Source of the DNA: Acidaminococcaceae bacterium
GTDB lineage: Bacteria > Bacillota > Negativicutes > Acidaminococcales > Acidaminococcaceae
DNA length: 24,000 bases
Reading direction: 5' to 3'
Assembly: GCA_036659415.1 (NCBI GenBank)
Contig: JAVXCQ010000015.1
Location: 18,579 to 42,578, forward strand
Position numbers and translations under genes: made by a program. This document shows positions 8,514 through 17,119 of this stretch, piece after piece. Position 1 is the first letter of the stretch. Each line of letters opens with the position of its first letter. The notes under the pieces were generated by a model. That model was given only the letters and a program-made list of their open reading frames with translations, ran no database searches and had not been told where the DNA came from.

Positions 8514-9883
8514 AGGGCATTAAGAATATTCATTTTATTGGCATTGGCGGGGCAGGCATGAGTGCGATAGCTTATGTTTTGCTGAAAAGAGGTTTTGTAG
8601 TGTCAGGTTCTGACGCTAACCCGGGCTATATGGCAACTAAACTCGCAAAAGAGGGTGCGATGATTTATATCGGTCATGCGGCCTGCCAGATTGAGGGTGC
8701 AGATGCCATCGTGACCTCGACAGCAATTCATGGCAATAATCCGGAGCTAGTGGAAGCACAGGCTCGTCACGTGCCGATACTGCATCGTTCTGATGTGTTA
8801 GCGGAGCTACTTAATGCGGCTAAGGGCGTAGCCATCGCCGGCGCACATGGTAAAACCACGACTAGCTCGATGCTGGCTTGTATTTGCACTGAGGGCGGAG
8901 CTGATCCTACGGTCGTAATCGGGGGGATTGTTTCTAGCCTGGAGGGTAATGCCAGAAATGGTGCGAGTGAGATTGTTGTAGCTGAAGCTGATGAAAGTGA
9001 TGGTTCTTTTTTGAAGTTCCACCCTTACTTAGCGGTTATTACCAATATTGAAAATGACCATATGGATCATTATGGTAGTGAAGAAAATATCTATCAGGCT
9101 TTTCATACTTTCCTAGAGCAGATTACTGCTGGGGGCAAGGCTATTTTGTGCTTTGATAATGAAAAGTTGCGCAAGCTGGCACGGGAAACTTCGACCGAGG
9201 TTATTTCTTATGGGGTGGATAATAATGAAGTTGATTATTCTGCCCAAAAGATTAGCTACGACAAACACGGCACCAGCTATGAGCTCTATCACAAGGGTCA
9301 GCACCTGACAACGGTGCGGCTGATTGTACCTGGGCGGCACAATGTGCTAAATTCCCTGGGAGCGTTGGCGGCGGCGCTGGAACTGGGCATTGCTTTGCCT
9401 CAGATTCTGGCTTCTTTGCAGATTTTTTCCGGTGCAAAAAGAAGATTTGAAACTAAAGGCAAGCTGGCAGACGTGTGGGTCGTAGACGACTATGCGCATC
9501 ACCCGACAGAAATTAAGGTGACACTGGCCGCTGCCAAACAAACACAGCCAAAAAGACTGGTTTGCGTTTTTCAGCCGCATCGCTACTCACGCACGCAACT
9601 GTTGTTTGAGGAATTTGTGCACGCTTTTGGTGGTTGTGATGAACTAATCTTAACGGATATTTATTGTGCCGGTGAAGAGAAGGTGCCGGGTATTAGCAGT
9701 GAAATACTAGCACAAGCGGTAGCGGCTACGGGGCAAAAGGTAACCTATATTGCCGAGTTGAAGAAAATACCGGCCTTTTTGGCGGCTCAGGCTCAACAAG
9801 GCGATTTGATTATGACTATCGGTGCCGGTGATGTGTATACAGTAGGCGAAGCTTTAGTAACTGAATTGAAACGAGGTAAATAA
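8507..9883 (+). CDS. murC: UDP-N-acetylmuramate--L-alanine ligase MurC
   Basis: HFIGIGGAGMSAIA N-terminus and P-loop GAHGKTTTSSM. TTG start with GGGGAGG 7 nt upstream. 7-nt overlap with murG. Confidence 0.94.
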   Translation: MLEGIKNIHFIGIGGAGMSAIAYVLLKRGFVVSGSDANPGYMATKLAKEGAMIYIGHAACQIEGADAIVTSTAIHGNNPELVEAQARHVPILHRSDVLAELLNAAKGVAIAGAHGKTTTSSMLACICTEGGADPTVVIGGIVSSLEGNARNGASEIVVAEADESDGSFLKFHPYLAVITNIENDHMDHYGSEENIYQAFHTFLEQITAGGKAILCFDNEKLRKLARETSTEVISYGVDNNEVDYSAQKISYDKHGTSYELYHKGQHLTTVRLIVPGRHNVLNSLGALAAALELGIALPQILASLQIFSGAKRRFETKGKLADVWVVDDYAHHPTEIKVTLAAAKQTQPKRLVCVFQPHRYSRTQLLFEEFVHAFGGCDELILTDIYCAGEEKVPGISSEILAQAVAATGQKVTYIAELKKIPAFLAAQAQQGDLIMTIGAGDVYTVGEALVTELKRGK

Positions 9884-9884
9884 A

Positions 9885-10817
9885 ATGAAAAATATAGGTA
9901 AAATAGCTGTTGTTATGGGTGGCCCGTCAGCAGAACGGGAAATCTCCTTAGTCACAGGCGCTGCTATTGCGCAAGCCTTAAGAGAGAAAAATTACGAAGT
10001 GGAAACCATTGATTTGGAGCCTAAAAACTTTGCTCAGCAATTGGCGGACAGCAAAGCGCAAGTGGTCTTTAATGCGGTTCATGGTCTGTACGGCGAAGAT
10101 GGCAGACTACAAAGTGTGCTGGAAATGTTAGGCGTGCCTTATACTGGCTCCGGCGTGTTGGCGTCGGCTTTAGCCATGGATAAGGTGGCTTCAAAAAGAA
10201 TTTTTCAGGCGGCAGGTATTCCTACACCTCGTGCTTTGATTTTTACAGCAGGGGAGCAAGCAGTAGCAAAGCAGGCTATTTTGCAAAAATTTCAACTGCC
10301 GGTAGTGGTTAAACCAGCGTCGCAAGGCTCTAGCATCGGCGTTGTAATCGTCAAAGAAGCGGCGGAGCTGCAAGCTGCACTGCAAACGGCGTTTTCCTAC
10401 TGCAATTCCATTGTGGTGGAAGAATTTATTCAAGGTAAGGAAATCACGGTGGCACTGCTGGCAACGGCCGACGAAATCCATGCTTTCCCGGTGATTAATA
10501 TTGTGCCCCATTCCGGCACTTATGATTTCAAATCTAAATATACTAAGGGCGAAACCGAATATTTGGTACCGGCACCTTTAGACGAGAAAACCACAGCTGC
10601 CGTGCAAGCAGTGGCAGGCGCTGCTTACAAGATTATTGGCTGCCAAGGGGTGGCTCGGGCTGACCTAATGTTAGATGCAGAGAATAAAGCCTATGTTTTG
10701 GAACTTAATACGGTGCCGGGCATGACGGCAACGAGTTTAGTGCCTAAGGCCGCTGGGGCGGAGGGTATTTCTTTTCCGGATTTATGTGAAAAAATCCTAT
10801 TAGCCATTGGCAAATAA
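9885..10817 (+). CDS. ddl: D-alanine--D-alanine ligase
   Basis: GGPSAEREISL N-terminus followed by an ATP-grasp body (…VVVKPASQGSSIGV…, …LELNTVPGMT…). Starts 1 nt after the murC stop. Confidence 0.94.
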   Translation: MKNIGKIAVVMGGPSAEREISLVTGAAIAQALREKNYEVETIDLEPKNFAQQLADSKAQVVFNAVHGLYGEDGRLQSVLEMLGVPYTGSGVLASALAMDKVASKRIFQAAGIPTPRALIFTAGEQAVAKQAILQKFQLPVVVKPASQGSSIGVVIVKEAAELQAALQTAFSYCNSIVVEEFIQGKEITVALLATADEIHAFPVINIVPHSGTYDFKSKYTKGETEYLVPAPLDEKTTAAVQAVAGAAYKIIGCQGVARADLMLDAENKAYVLELNTVPGMTATSLVPKAAGAEGISFPDLCEKILLAIGK

Positions 10818-10836
10818 CGAAGCGGAGGTGAGCTAA

Positions 10837-11598
10837 GTGGTAACAACGAAAGCTCGTTTGCAAGGCGAACGACGTAAACGCAAATTGCACTTAGCTAAAA
10901 TCACTTTCTGTTTCTTATTGGTGGTGGGGTGTATTGCCGGCGCCGATAATCTGGTACATCAACCTTGGTTTACTTTTGGGGAGCTCGAGCTTGTGGGCAG
11001 TAACAAGATTACCAAGGCAGAGGTTATGCGCACGGGGGAAATCAAGGAACCGATTAACCTTTTTGTGCTGGATCGTACCCGCTTGGAAAAAGGCCTGGAA
11101 CATGACATTAGAGTAGCAAAAGTTACGACCAATTTCGAGTGGCCTAATCGGCTCAAAATAGTGATAGTAGAACGCCAAGTTGCCATTTACATTGAAAGCT
11201 CTTATAATAGTTTTGCTCAACTAGATTTCAATGGCTATGTGCTGAATGTGGCGCGAGGAATTAAAGATGCTTCGGCTCCCTATGTTTCAGGGCTGAAGGT
11301 GGGGAACGTCTATGTGGGCGACCAAGTAAAAACACCGGAAATTCAAGCTTTGATTGGTTTTTTGGGTAAACTAGAACCGGCTTTACTGGGTAAAATATCG
11401 GAACTGCGGTGTGATGGTCAGGGCAAGGTAAAAGTTATTATGGTGTCAGGGCTGTGTATACATTTGGGTGCAATCAAGGAAATGGAAAATAAAGCGGAAA
11501 ACTTTATTACGATTAGTAACGAGGTGCAATCGAAAAATATTAACGCTGAATATATTGACTTGACGTTTACCAAACCATATATTAAAGTAAAAAAATAA
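10837..11598 (+). CDS. ftsQ: Cell division protein FtsQ/DivIB
   Basis: Basic N-terminus, one TM helix (ITFCFLLVVGCIAGA), then a POTRA-like segment (ELELVGSNKITKAEV…LKIVIVERQVAIYI). GTG start with GGAGGTG 6 nt upstream. Confidence 0.88.
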   Translation: MVTTKARLQGERRKRKLHLAKITFCFLLVVGCIAGADNLVHQPWFTFGELELVGSNKITKAEVMRTGEIKEPINLFVLDRTRLEKGLEHDIRVAKVTTNFEWPNRLKIVIVERQVAIYIESSYNSFAQLDFNGYVLNVARGIKDASAPYVSGLKVGNVYVGDQVKTPEIQALIGFLGKLEPALLGKISELRCDGQGKVKVIMVSGLCIHLGAIKEMENKAENFITISNEVQSKNINAEYIDLTFTKPYIKVKK

Positions 11599-11625
11599 TA
11601 GAAGTCGAAAGATTGGCGAAAGAGA

Positions 11626-12330
11626 GTGACTAAGACGATGTTTCCAGATAGACAAGCTAAAATTTTAATTACCATCGTCTGTATTGTTTTAGGGGCTATG
11701 TTAGCCACGCAGTTTAGGACTACCGAACGACAAAAGGCAACCATTTCCTATCAAAGAGCAGAAGATTTGATGGAGCGCTTGAAGGTAACGGAAAAAGAAC
11801 GTAACCAATTGTTGGTGGAAGTAGAACGTTTACAGGCGAAAACCAGCGATGAAGTTTTGATGCGGGAAATGGACACTTTAAAAGCCTATGCCGGTGAAAC
11901 GGCTATGTATGGACAGGGCGTCAAAGTGGTGGTGGATGATAGTAAGCTGGTGACTAAGCCCGGCGAAAATCCTAATTTGTATTTAATTCATGATGATGAT
12001 TTATTGCGCATTATTAACGAACTGCGGGCAGCCGGGGCAGAGGCTATTGCGATTAATGAGGAAAGAGTAGTCGCTATGTCGGAAATCAGATGTGCAGGGC
12101 CTACTTTGTCGGTCAATAATAATCGGTTTTCACCACCGTATGTTATCCGTGCTATCGGTGATAGCAAAAATATGGATAGTGCTCTGAAAATGCGTGGGGG
12201 TGTGATTGAAACTCTAAAATTCTGGGGTATTCAAGCTAGCATTTCCCAAGAAGAAGTCGTCAAAGTACCTGCTTTTAAGCGTAGTCATCACTTTGAATAT
12301 GCTAAAAAAGGAACAGGTGACGGCGCATGA
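11626..12330 (+). CDS. DUF881-family division/cell-wall-cluster protein (YlxW/YlxX-like)
   Basis: N-terminal TM helix, coiled-coil (LMERLKVTEKERNQLLVEVERLQ), and a C-terminal region with LIHDDDLLRIINELRAAGAEAIAIN, typical of DUF881. Same position as B. subtilis ylxW/ylxX. The start could instead be ATG 11638. Confidence 0.8.
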   Translation: MTKTMFPDRQAKILITIVCIVLGAMLATQFRTTERQKATISYQRAEDLMERLKVTEKERNQLLVEVERLQAKTSDEVLMREMDTLKAYAGETAMYGQGVKVVVDDSKLVTKPGENPNLYLIHDDDLLRIINELRAAGAEAIAINEERVVAMSEIRCAGPTLSVNNNRFSPPYVIRAIGDSKNMDSALKMRGGVIETLKFWGIQASISQEEVVKVPAFKRSHHFEYAKKGTGDGA

Positions 12331-12656
12331 TCTATCCGATTATTGGTCTTATTATTGGGACGTTTTTGGGGCTATATTTGCCCTTTAGTGTGCCGCAAGA
12401 CTATGTGCAGCTATTATCCGTAGCATTAATGGCTGTGCTGGACTCTGTGCTCGGTGGAGTGCGGGCGGCGAAAGAGGGCAATTACGATAACCAAATTTTT
12501 ATTTCCGGTTTTTTTGTTAATGCGCTATTGGCAGCTCTTTTGTGTTATTGCGGACTGCGGTTGGGCATAGATTTATATTTTGTAGGGGTAATGGCTTTTG
12601 GGTTACGTATTTTCCAAAACTTGGCTATTATCCGTAGACTCTATCTGGGCAAGTAA
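12327..12656 (+). CDS. sbp: Small basic protein Sbp (DUF1290)
   Basis: 109-aa membrane protein that aligns along its length with B. subtilis Sbp as I recall it (…LSVALMAVLDSVLGGVRA…FISGFF.N…FGLRIFQNLAIIRR). ATGA overlap with the preceding gene. Confidence 0.88.
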   Translation: MIYPIIGLIIGTFLGLYLPFSVPQDYVQLLSVALMAVLDSVLGGVRAAKEGNYDNQIFISGFFVNALLAALLCYCGLRLGIDLYFVGVMAFGLRIFQNLAIIRRLYLGK

Positions 12657-12699
12657 AAAATATTTATCCTGCGGGCAGGTATACTTTTGTTCTTGTAGA

Positions 12700-12709
12700 A
12701 TGATATAAT
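12700..12709 (+). promoter_or_regulatory. Extended -10 promoter element upstream of ftsZ
   Basis: ATGATATAAT at 12700-12709, about 65 nt upstream of the ftsZ start. -35 is weak or absent. Confidence 0.45.
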
Positions 12710-12774
12710 AGTAAAGATATAGGATACAATAAGTAGGGCGTTAATATAGAAACAGTTTAGGGGGGAGCATGTAT

Positions 12775-13869
12775 ATGTTCGAGTTGGAAAACAATATTGA
12801 AACATTAGCTAACATCAAAGTCATTGGTGTGGGCGGCGGCGGGAATAATGCTGTCAATCGCATGATTACCACTGGTGTTAAGGGCGTAGAGTTTATTGCC
12901 GTTAACTGTGACGCGCAGGCTTTATTGCTTTCACAGGCTCCTATCCGTATTCAAATCGGTGAAGAGCTGACCAAAGGCCTAGGTGCAGGTGCTAATCCGG
13001 AGATTGGTGAAAAGGCTGCGCAAGAATCCAGAGAAGAGATTGTGGCTGCCTTGCAGGGCGCAGATATGGTTTTTGTTACTGCCGGTATGGGTGGCGGTAC
13101 AGGAACAGGTGCTGCGCATATTGTGGCGGAGTGTGCCAAAGAGGCGGGCGCTTTAACTGTGGGCGTGGTCACTAAACCTTTTACTTTTGAGGGCAGACGT
13201 CGCTATAATCAAGCGGAACAGGGCATTGTTAACCTGAAAGAAAAGGTTGATGCCCTGATTACTATTCCTAATGACCGTTTATTACAAGTAGTGGATCGTC
13301 GGACTTCTATGTTAGACGCTTTCCGCATTGCTGATGATGTCCTGCGCCAAGGTGTGCAAGGTATTTCTGACTTGATTAGTGTACCAGGACTGATTAACGC
13401 TGATTTTAATGATGTGAAAACTATTATGTCGAATGCCGGATCGGCTCTGATGGGTATTGGGACGGCTAAAGGTGAGGGCGGTGCTAGTGCTGCTGCGGAA
13501 GCGGCTATCAAAAGCCCGCTTTTGGAAACTACGATTGACGGTGCGCACGGTGTTTTGCTAAATATTACGGGGGGTAAAGATTTAACTTTATTCGACGTGA
13601 ATGAGGCTTGTAATACTATTGCCGAGGCTGCCGACCCTGATGCGATGATTATTTTTGGTGCGGCTATTGATGAAGCACTAGATGATGAAATACGGGTAAC
13701 GGTGATTGCTACCGGTTTCGATGGTAAAAATCCGACTCTACCGCAAGGTGGACCGAGTAAACCTAATTATGATGCTAGCTATAATAGACGCCCCAGTGAA
13801 CCGACTTCTGCTGTTGGCAGTTTTGCTCCACCCTCAACGGAAATTCCACCATGGATTCGTGGACGTTAA
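12775..13869 (+). CDS. ftsZ: Cell division GTPase FtsZ
   Basis: [13 protein letters not shown] and the tubulin signature GGGTGTGA. Disordered linker and a C-terminal peptide, [20 protein letters not shown] (12760-12767) favours ATG 12775 over ATG 12769. Confidence 0.97.
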   Translation: MFELENNIETLANIKVIGVGGGGNNAVNRMITTGVKGVEFIAVNCDAQALLLSQAPIRIQIGEELTKGLGAGANPEIGEKAAQESREEIVAALQGADMVFVTAGMGGGTGTGAAHIVAECAKEAGALTVGVVTKPFTFEGRRRYNQAEQGIVNLKEKVDALITIPNDRLLQVVDRRTSMLDAFRIADDVLRQGVQGISDLISVPGLINADFNDVKTIMSNAGSALMGIGTAKGEGGASAAAEAAIKSPLLETTIDGAHGVLLNITGGKDLTLFDVNEACNTIAEAADPDAMIIFGAAIDEALDDEIRVTVIATGFDGKNPTLPQGGPSKPNYDASYNRRPSEPTSAVGSFAPPSTEIPPWIRGR

Positions 13870-13881
13870 AGAGCTTTGTTT

Positions 13882-13925
13882 GAAGAAGACCACCTGCTTT
13901 TACAAGCAGTGGTCTTCTTTTTTTC
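13882..13925 (+). terminator. Rho-independent terminator after ftsZ
   Basis: GAAGAAGACCACCTGCTT / loop TTAC / AAGCAGTGGTCTTCTT. About 17 bp of stem with one bulged C, followed by a T-run. Confidence 0.85.
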
Positions 13926-13939
13926 ACAAGATATAGTGA
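13924..13939 (+). promoter_or_regulatory. NrdR box 1
   Basis: tcaCaAgATaTaGtga matches 13 of 16 positions of the published NrdR-box consensus acaCwAtATaTwGtgt (recalled from memory). Confidence 0.65.
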
Positions 13940-13951
13940 ATGAAAAGTATC

Positions 13952-13980
13952 TAGACACTACATATTGTCTATGATATAAT
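13952..13980 (+). promoter_or_regulatory. Promoter of the nrdR-nrdD-nrdG operon
   Basis: -35 TAGACA (13952-13957), 17-nt spacer, extended -10 TGaTATAAT (13972-13980). Confidence 0.6.
13955..13970 (+). promoter_or_regulatory. NrdR box 2
   Basis: acaCtAcATaTtGtct matches 14 of 16 positions of the consensus. It starts 31 bp after box 1 (about 3 helical turns) and overlaps the -35 box and spacer of the nrdR promoter. Confidence 0.7.
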
Positions 13981-14023
13981 TATCCTATTGAAATTAGGCA
14001 GGAAGGAAATGAGGGTGAAAAGC

Positions 14024-14491
14024 ATGAGATGTCCATTCTGTTCTTATGGTGATAGTCGGGTGGTCGACTCGCGTGCTATTGACGACGGGTCTTCTATTCG
14101 CCGTCGCAGGGAATGTCCTAAATGTGGTAGACGTTTTACTACTTACGAAAAATATGAGGAAACGCCGTTAGTGGTGAGCAAAAAAGATGGGCGCAGAGAA
14201 TTGTTTGATGCACAAAAACTTTTGAGCGGTTTGATTAAGGCGTTTGAAAAGAGACCGGTGTCCTTTGAACGAATTCAAGAGGTGGCCAAAAGTGTAGAGC
14301 GCGAACTGAGAACTCAAGGTGAGGCAGAGGTTACCACGGAGGCTATTGGGGAAACTGTCATGCGCCATTTGGAGCAAATCGACCAAATTGCTTATGTGCG
14401 CTTTGCGTCTGTGTATAGACAATTTGCTGATGTTAATAATTTTATGCAAGAAATACAAAGTATGCTAAAAAAAGAAAAAATCAAGGAGTGA
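14024..14491 (+). CDS. nrdR: Transcriptional repressor NrdR
   Basis: MRCPFCSYGDSRVVDSR…CPKCGRRFTTYE zinc ribbon followed by an ATP-cone. RBS GAGGGTGA upstream of ATG 14024. The 13988 start in the ORF track is an extension. Confidence 0.95.
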   Translation: MRCPFCSYGDSRVVDSRAIDDGSSIRRRRECPKCGRRFTTYEKYEETPLVVSKKDGRRELFDAQKLLSGLIKAFEKRPVSFERIQEVAKSVERELRTQGEAEVTTEAIGETVMRHLEQIDQIAYVRFASVYRQFADVNNFMQEIQSMLKKEKIKE

Positions 14492-14498
14492 GAGGGCA

Positions 14499-16436
14499 AT
14501 GTTGATTCGTAAGCGTGATGGTCGTGAGGTTGAATTTGATGAAACAAAAATTACCGATGCAATTTTTGAAGCAGCAAAATCTGTAGGTGGTGCTGACCGC
14601 CAAATGGCGATGGAAATCACTTTGGATGTCTTGAAATACCTAAAGACTCATTTTAAAGCGGTGGTCAATGTAGAAGATGTACAAGACGTGGTGGAAAAGA
14701 TTTTAATGGAAAATGGTCACGCCCGTACTGCTAAATCCTATATTTTGTATCGTGCTCAAAGAACCAGTATTCGTAATGCCCGTTCGGAATTAATGGACAC
14801 CGTGGGCGCTATCTTGAAAGAAACTGATCGGGACAACGCTAATATTTCGAATTCTCCTTCGGCAAAAATGTTACAAATCGCCAGTGCGGCTAGTAGAGAA
14901 TACTATCTTAACCGCATGATTCCTGAAAAAATGGCTAATGCTCATCGCCGTGGCGATATTCATATCCATGATTTGGATTTTTATGGTAAAACCCTTAATT
15001 GCGTCAATATTCCGCTGGGTAAGCTGTTAGCCAGTGGGTTTAATAATGGTCATGGTTTCATTCGTACCCCGCGGCGTCCGGGTTCGGCGACGGCACTAGC
15101 GGCGATTATTTTGCAAAGCTCCCAAAATGATATGTTTGGGGGACAATCTTTTGGTTTCTTTGATTTTGACATGGCTCCGTTCATGGAGGGTGCTGGGGAA
15201 GAGGAAGTTTTCCAAGCTATGGAAGCCTTGGTTTATAATTTAAACAGTATGCATTCCCGTGCCGGGGCGCAGGTTCCTTTTTCTAGCTTAAATCTGGGCT
15301 TAGATACTTCGGAAAACGGCCGCAAGGTGACGCGCAATATTCTGAAAGCCTATAATAAAGGGCTGGGACACGGCGAAAATCCGATTTTTCCGAATGTTAT
15401 TTTCCGAGTAAAAAAAGGCGTGAATATGGATCCGGGTGATCCTAACTATGATTTGTTTAAGCTGGCGATATCTGTTTCGGCGAAACGCATGAACCCAACT
15501 TTTAGTTTCATGGATACGTCTTACAATAAAGAATATGGTGGCGATGTGGCCTATATGGGGTGCAGAACCCGTGTCATTGCGAATCGTAGAGGGCCGGCTG
15601 TAACGACGGGCAGGGGGAACTTGTCTTTTACTACTATTAATTTGCCGCGGCTAGCTTTGCGGGCAGAACGTGATATTATGCGTTTCTACCAATATTTAGA
15701 TGAAATGACGGACTTAATTAGCGAACAACTCTATCACCGGTTCAGAGTGCAGGCTAATCTCAAGGTAAGGGATTTGCCCTTCTTAATGGGACAGGGTTTG
15801 TACCTGGATTCCGACAAGCTGGCGTCTGACGACCGGATTGAACCTGCGATTGTGCATGGGACGCTGTCCTTAGGCTTTATTGGATTGGCGGAAACGCTGA
15901 CGGCACTTATTGGTAAGCATCATGGGGAAAGCGAAGAGGCACAAATTTTGGGTGAAGAAATCGTATCCTTTATGCGTAATAAAATGGATAAAATGAGTAA
16001 TAAATATAATCTCAACTATACCTTGATTGCAACGCCGGCAGAGGGACTGTCCGGGAGATTTATCCGGATGGATAAAAAGGAATTCGGCATTGTACCAGGC
16101 GTGACGAACAAAGAATATTACAGTAACTCTTTCCATGTACCGGTAGGGTTTCCGATTAGTGCTTTTGAAAAAATGCGTCTAGAAGGGGCTTACCATAAAT
16201 ATACCAATGCGGGACACATTAGCTATGTGGAGTTTAGTGCGTCGCCGGTGAATAATCTGGACGCAGTGGAAGACTTGCTGCGCCATATGTGTGCTTGTGA
16301 CTGCGGGTATGTTGGGATTAATTTCCCGATTGACTATTGTGACCAATGTGGCTATACCGGTATTATTGATGGCGATTATTGCCCGCATTGTGACGCGGTA
16401 TTAACTCGTAAACTAAAACGGCTGTGCAGCTGCTAA
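14499..16436 (+). CDS. nrdD: Anaerobic ribonucleoside-triphosphate reductase NrdD (class III), with an anomalous C-terminus
   Basis: N-terminal ATP-cone (IRKRDGREVEFDETKI), a YMGCRTRV active-site loop, and a C-terminal Zn ribbon CDQCGY…CPHC. The ORF ends …KRLCSC*, where the family carries the glycyl-radical motif RxCGY plus a tail (see findings). Confidence 0.88.
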   Translation: MLIRKRDGREVEFDETKITDAIFEAAKSVGGADRQMAMEITLDVLKYLKTHFKAVVNVEDVQDVVEKILMENGHARTAKSYILYRAQRTSIRNARSELMDTVGAILKETDRDNANISNSPSAKMLQIASAASREYYLNRMIPEKMANAHRRGDIHIHDLDFYGKTLNCVNIPLGKLLASGFNNGHGFIRTPRRPGSATALAAIILQSSQNDMFGGQSFGFFDFDMAPFMEGAGEEEVFQAMEALVYNLNSMHSRAGAQVPFSSLNLGLDTSENGRKVTRNILKAYNKGLGHGENPIFPNVIFRVKKGVNMDPGDPNYDLFKLAISVSAKRMNPTFSFMDTSYNKEYGGDVAYMGCRTRVIANRRGPAVTTGRGNLSFTTINLPRLALRAERDIMRFYQYLDEMTDLISEQLYHRFRVQANLKVRDLPFLMGQGLYLDSDKLASDDRIEPAIVHGTLSLGFIGLAETLTALIGKHHGESEEAQILGEEIVSFMRNKMDKMSNKYNLNYTLIATPAEGLSGRFIRMDKKEFGIVPGVTNKEYYSNSFHVPVGFPISAFEKMRLEGAYHKYTNAGHISYVEFSASPVNNLDAVEDLLRHMCACDCGYVGINFPIDYCDQCGYTGIIDGDYCPHCDAVLTRKLKRLCSC

Positions 16437-16453
16437 AATTAGAGGTGGAAACA

Positions 16454-16942
16454 ATGCTTAAGGTTGCAGATATTTTGGCGGAATCAGTGGTTGATGGTGT
16501 GGGCATCCGTACGGTAGTATTTTTGCAGGGGTGTCCCCGTCATTGCAAGGGGTGCCATAATGAAGCGTTACTGCCTTTTAGCGGTGGGACTGCTTATACG
16601 GCAGCTGATTTGGTGGCAGCCATAACGACTAAACTGACGCCGCTCCATCGAGGGGTTACTTTTAGTGGCGGCGACCCGTTGGCACAGGCGGAGGGTCTAG
16701 CTACAGTAATCGCCTTATTGCGGCAAAAAGCACCACGGTTGACGATGTGGGTCTATACCGGCTATACTTATGAGGAAGTCAAAACCTGGCCGGTGTTAGA
16801 GCAAATTGATGTACTGGTGGACGGGCCTTTTATCTTGGAACAGCGGGATTTAAGCTTGCCCTTTAGAGGGTCAGGCAATCAAAGAATTATTGATGTGCCA
16901 GCTAGTTTGCAAGCGGGACAAGTAGTGGCCTGGACAAAATAA
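16454..16942 (+). CDS. nrdG: Anaerobic ribonucleotide reductase activating protein NrdG (radical SAM)
   Basis: SVVDGVGIRTVVFLQGCPRHCKGCHN carries the CxxxCxxC radical-SAM cluster motif. RBS AGAGGTGG 7 nt upstream of ATG 16454. The 16424 start overlaps nrdD and has no RBS. Confidence 0.93.
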   Translation: MLKVADILAESVVDGVGIRTVVFLQGCPRHCKGCHNEALLPFSGGTAYTAADLVAAITTKLTPLHRGVTFSGGDPLAQAEGLATVIALLRQKAPRLTMWVYTGYTYEEVKTWPVLEQIDVLVDGPFILEQRDLSLPFRGSGNQRIIDVPASLQAGQVVAWTK

Positions 16943-16958
16943 TAGTGGCGAGGGTGAC

Positions 16959-17020
16959 AAAGCAGACTGCTTTTACTGAATTTTCTTACGAAAATAACGG
17001 TGAAAGTGGTCTGCTTTTTT
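16959..17020 (+). terminator. Long nested-hairpin terminator after nrdG
   Basis: GCAGAC (16962-16967) pairs with GTCTGC (17009-17014). Inner helices are CTTTTACTG/CGGTGAAAG (with G-U pairs) and TTTTC-TTAC-GAAAA. A T6 run follows (17015-17020). Confidence 0.7.
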
Positions 17021-17119
17021 ATGATTAGGGGCACAATTAGAAAAAAATTAATTAAATAGGCAGGAAAAGTAGGGATTTTAACGAATACTTAACTATTTAT
17101 GTAAGAGGGAGGTGAGAAA

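Noticed and set aside
10934-11116. 60-aa + strand alternative-frame ORF inside ftsQ
   Set aside because: Embedded in the FtsQ POTRA-coding region in another frame. No supporting signal.
11418-11744. 108-aa minus-strand ORF across the ftsQ/DUF881 junction, plus the 69-aa ORF at 11446-11655
   Set aside because: Antisense to the conserved ftsQ C-terminus and the DUF881 N-terminus. The hydrophobic, AT-driven translation is most simply a shadow ORF.
12668-12679. CCTGCGGGCAGG mini-palindrome after sbp, considered as a possible terminator
   Set aside because: The stem is only 4-5 bp with a tiny loop and no proper T-run. Too weak to call.
13706-13936. 76-aa + strand ORF in an alternative frame over the ftsZ 3' end and its terminator
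   Set aside because: Out of frame with the FtsZ linker and C-terminal peptide, and it runs through the terminator hairpin. No RBS.
16424-16453. Upstream extension of nrdG (MQLLKLEVET…) overlapping the nrdD 3' end
   Set aside because: No RBS, and it overlaps nrdD. ATG 16454 is preceded by AGAGGTGG and matches the usual NrdG N-terminus. The extension also shows no similarity to the missing NrdD glycyl-radical tail.
17021-17059. 12-codon mini-ORF (MIRGTIRKKLIK*) in the nrdG-platform spacer
   Set aside because: It begins inside the terminator T-run, has no RBS and is too short to evaluate.
13994-17071. Shared 10-mer TAGGCAGGAA upstream of both nrdR (13994-14003) and the platform gene (17056-17065), considered as a possible common regulatory site
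   Set aside because: By my estimate a 24-kb window should contain a few hundred chance 10-mer pair matches (about 275). The flanks diverge, and one copy is simply part of the RBS region.
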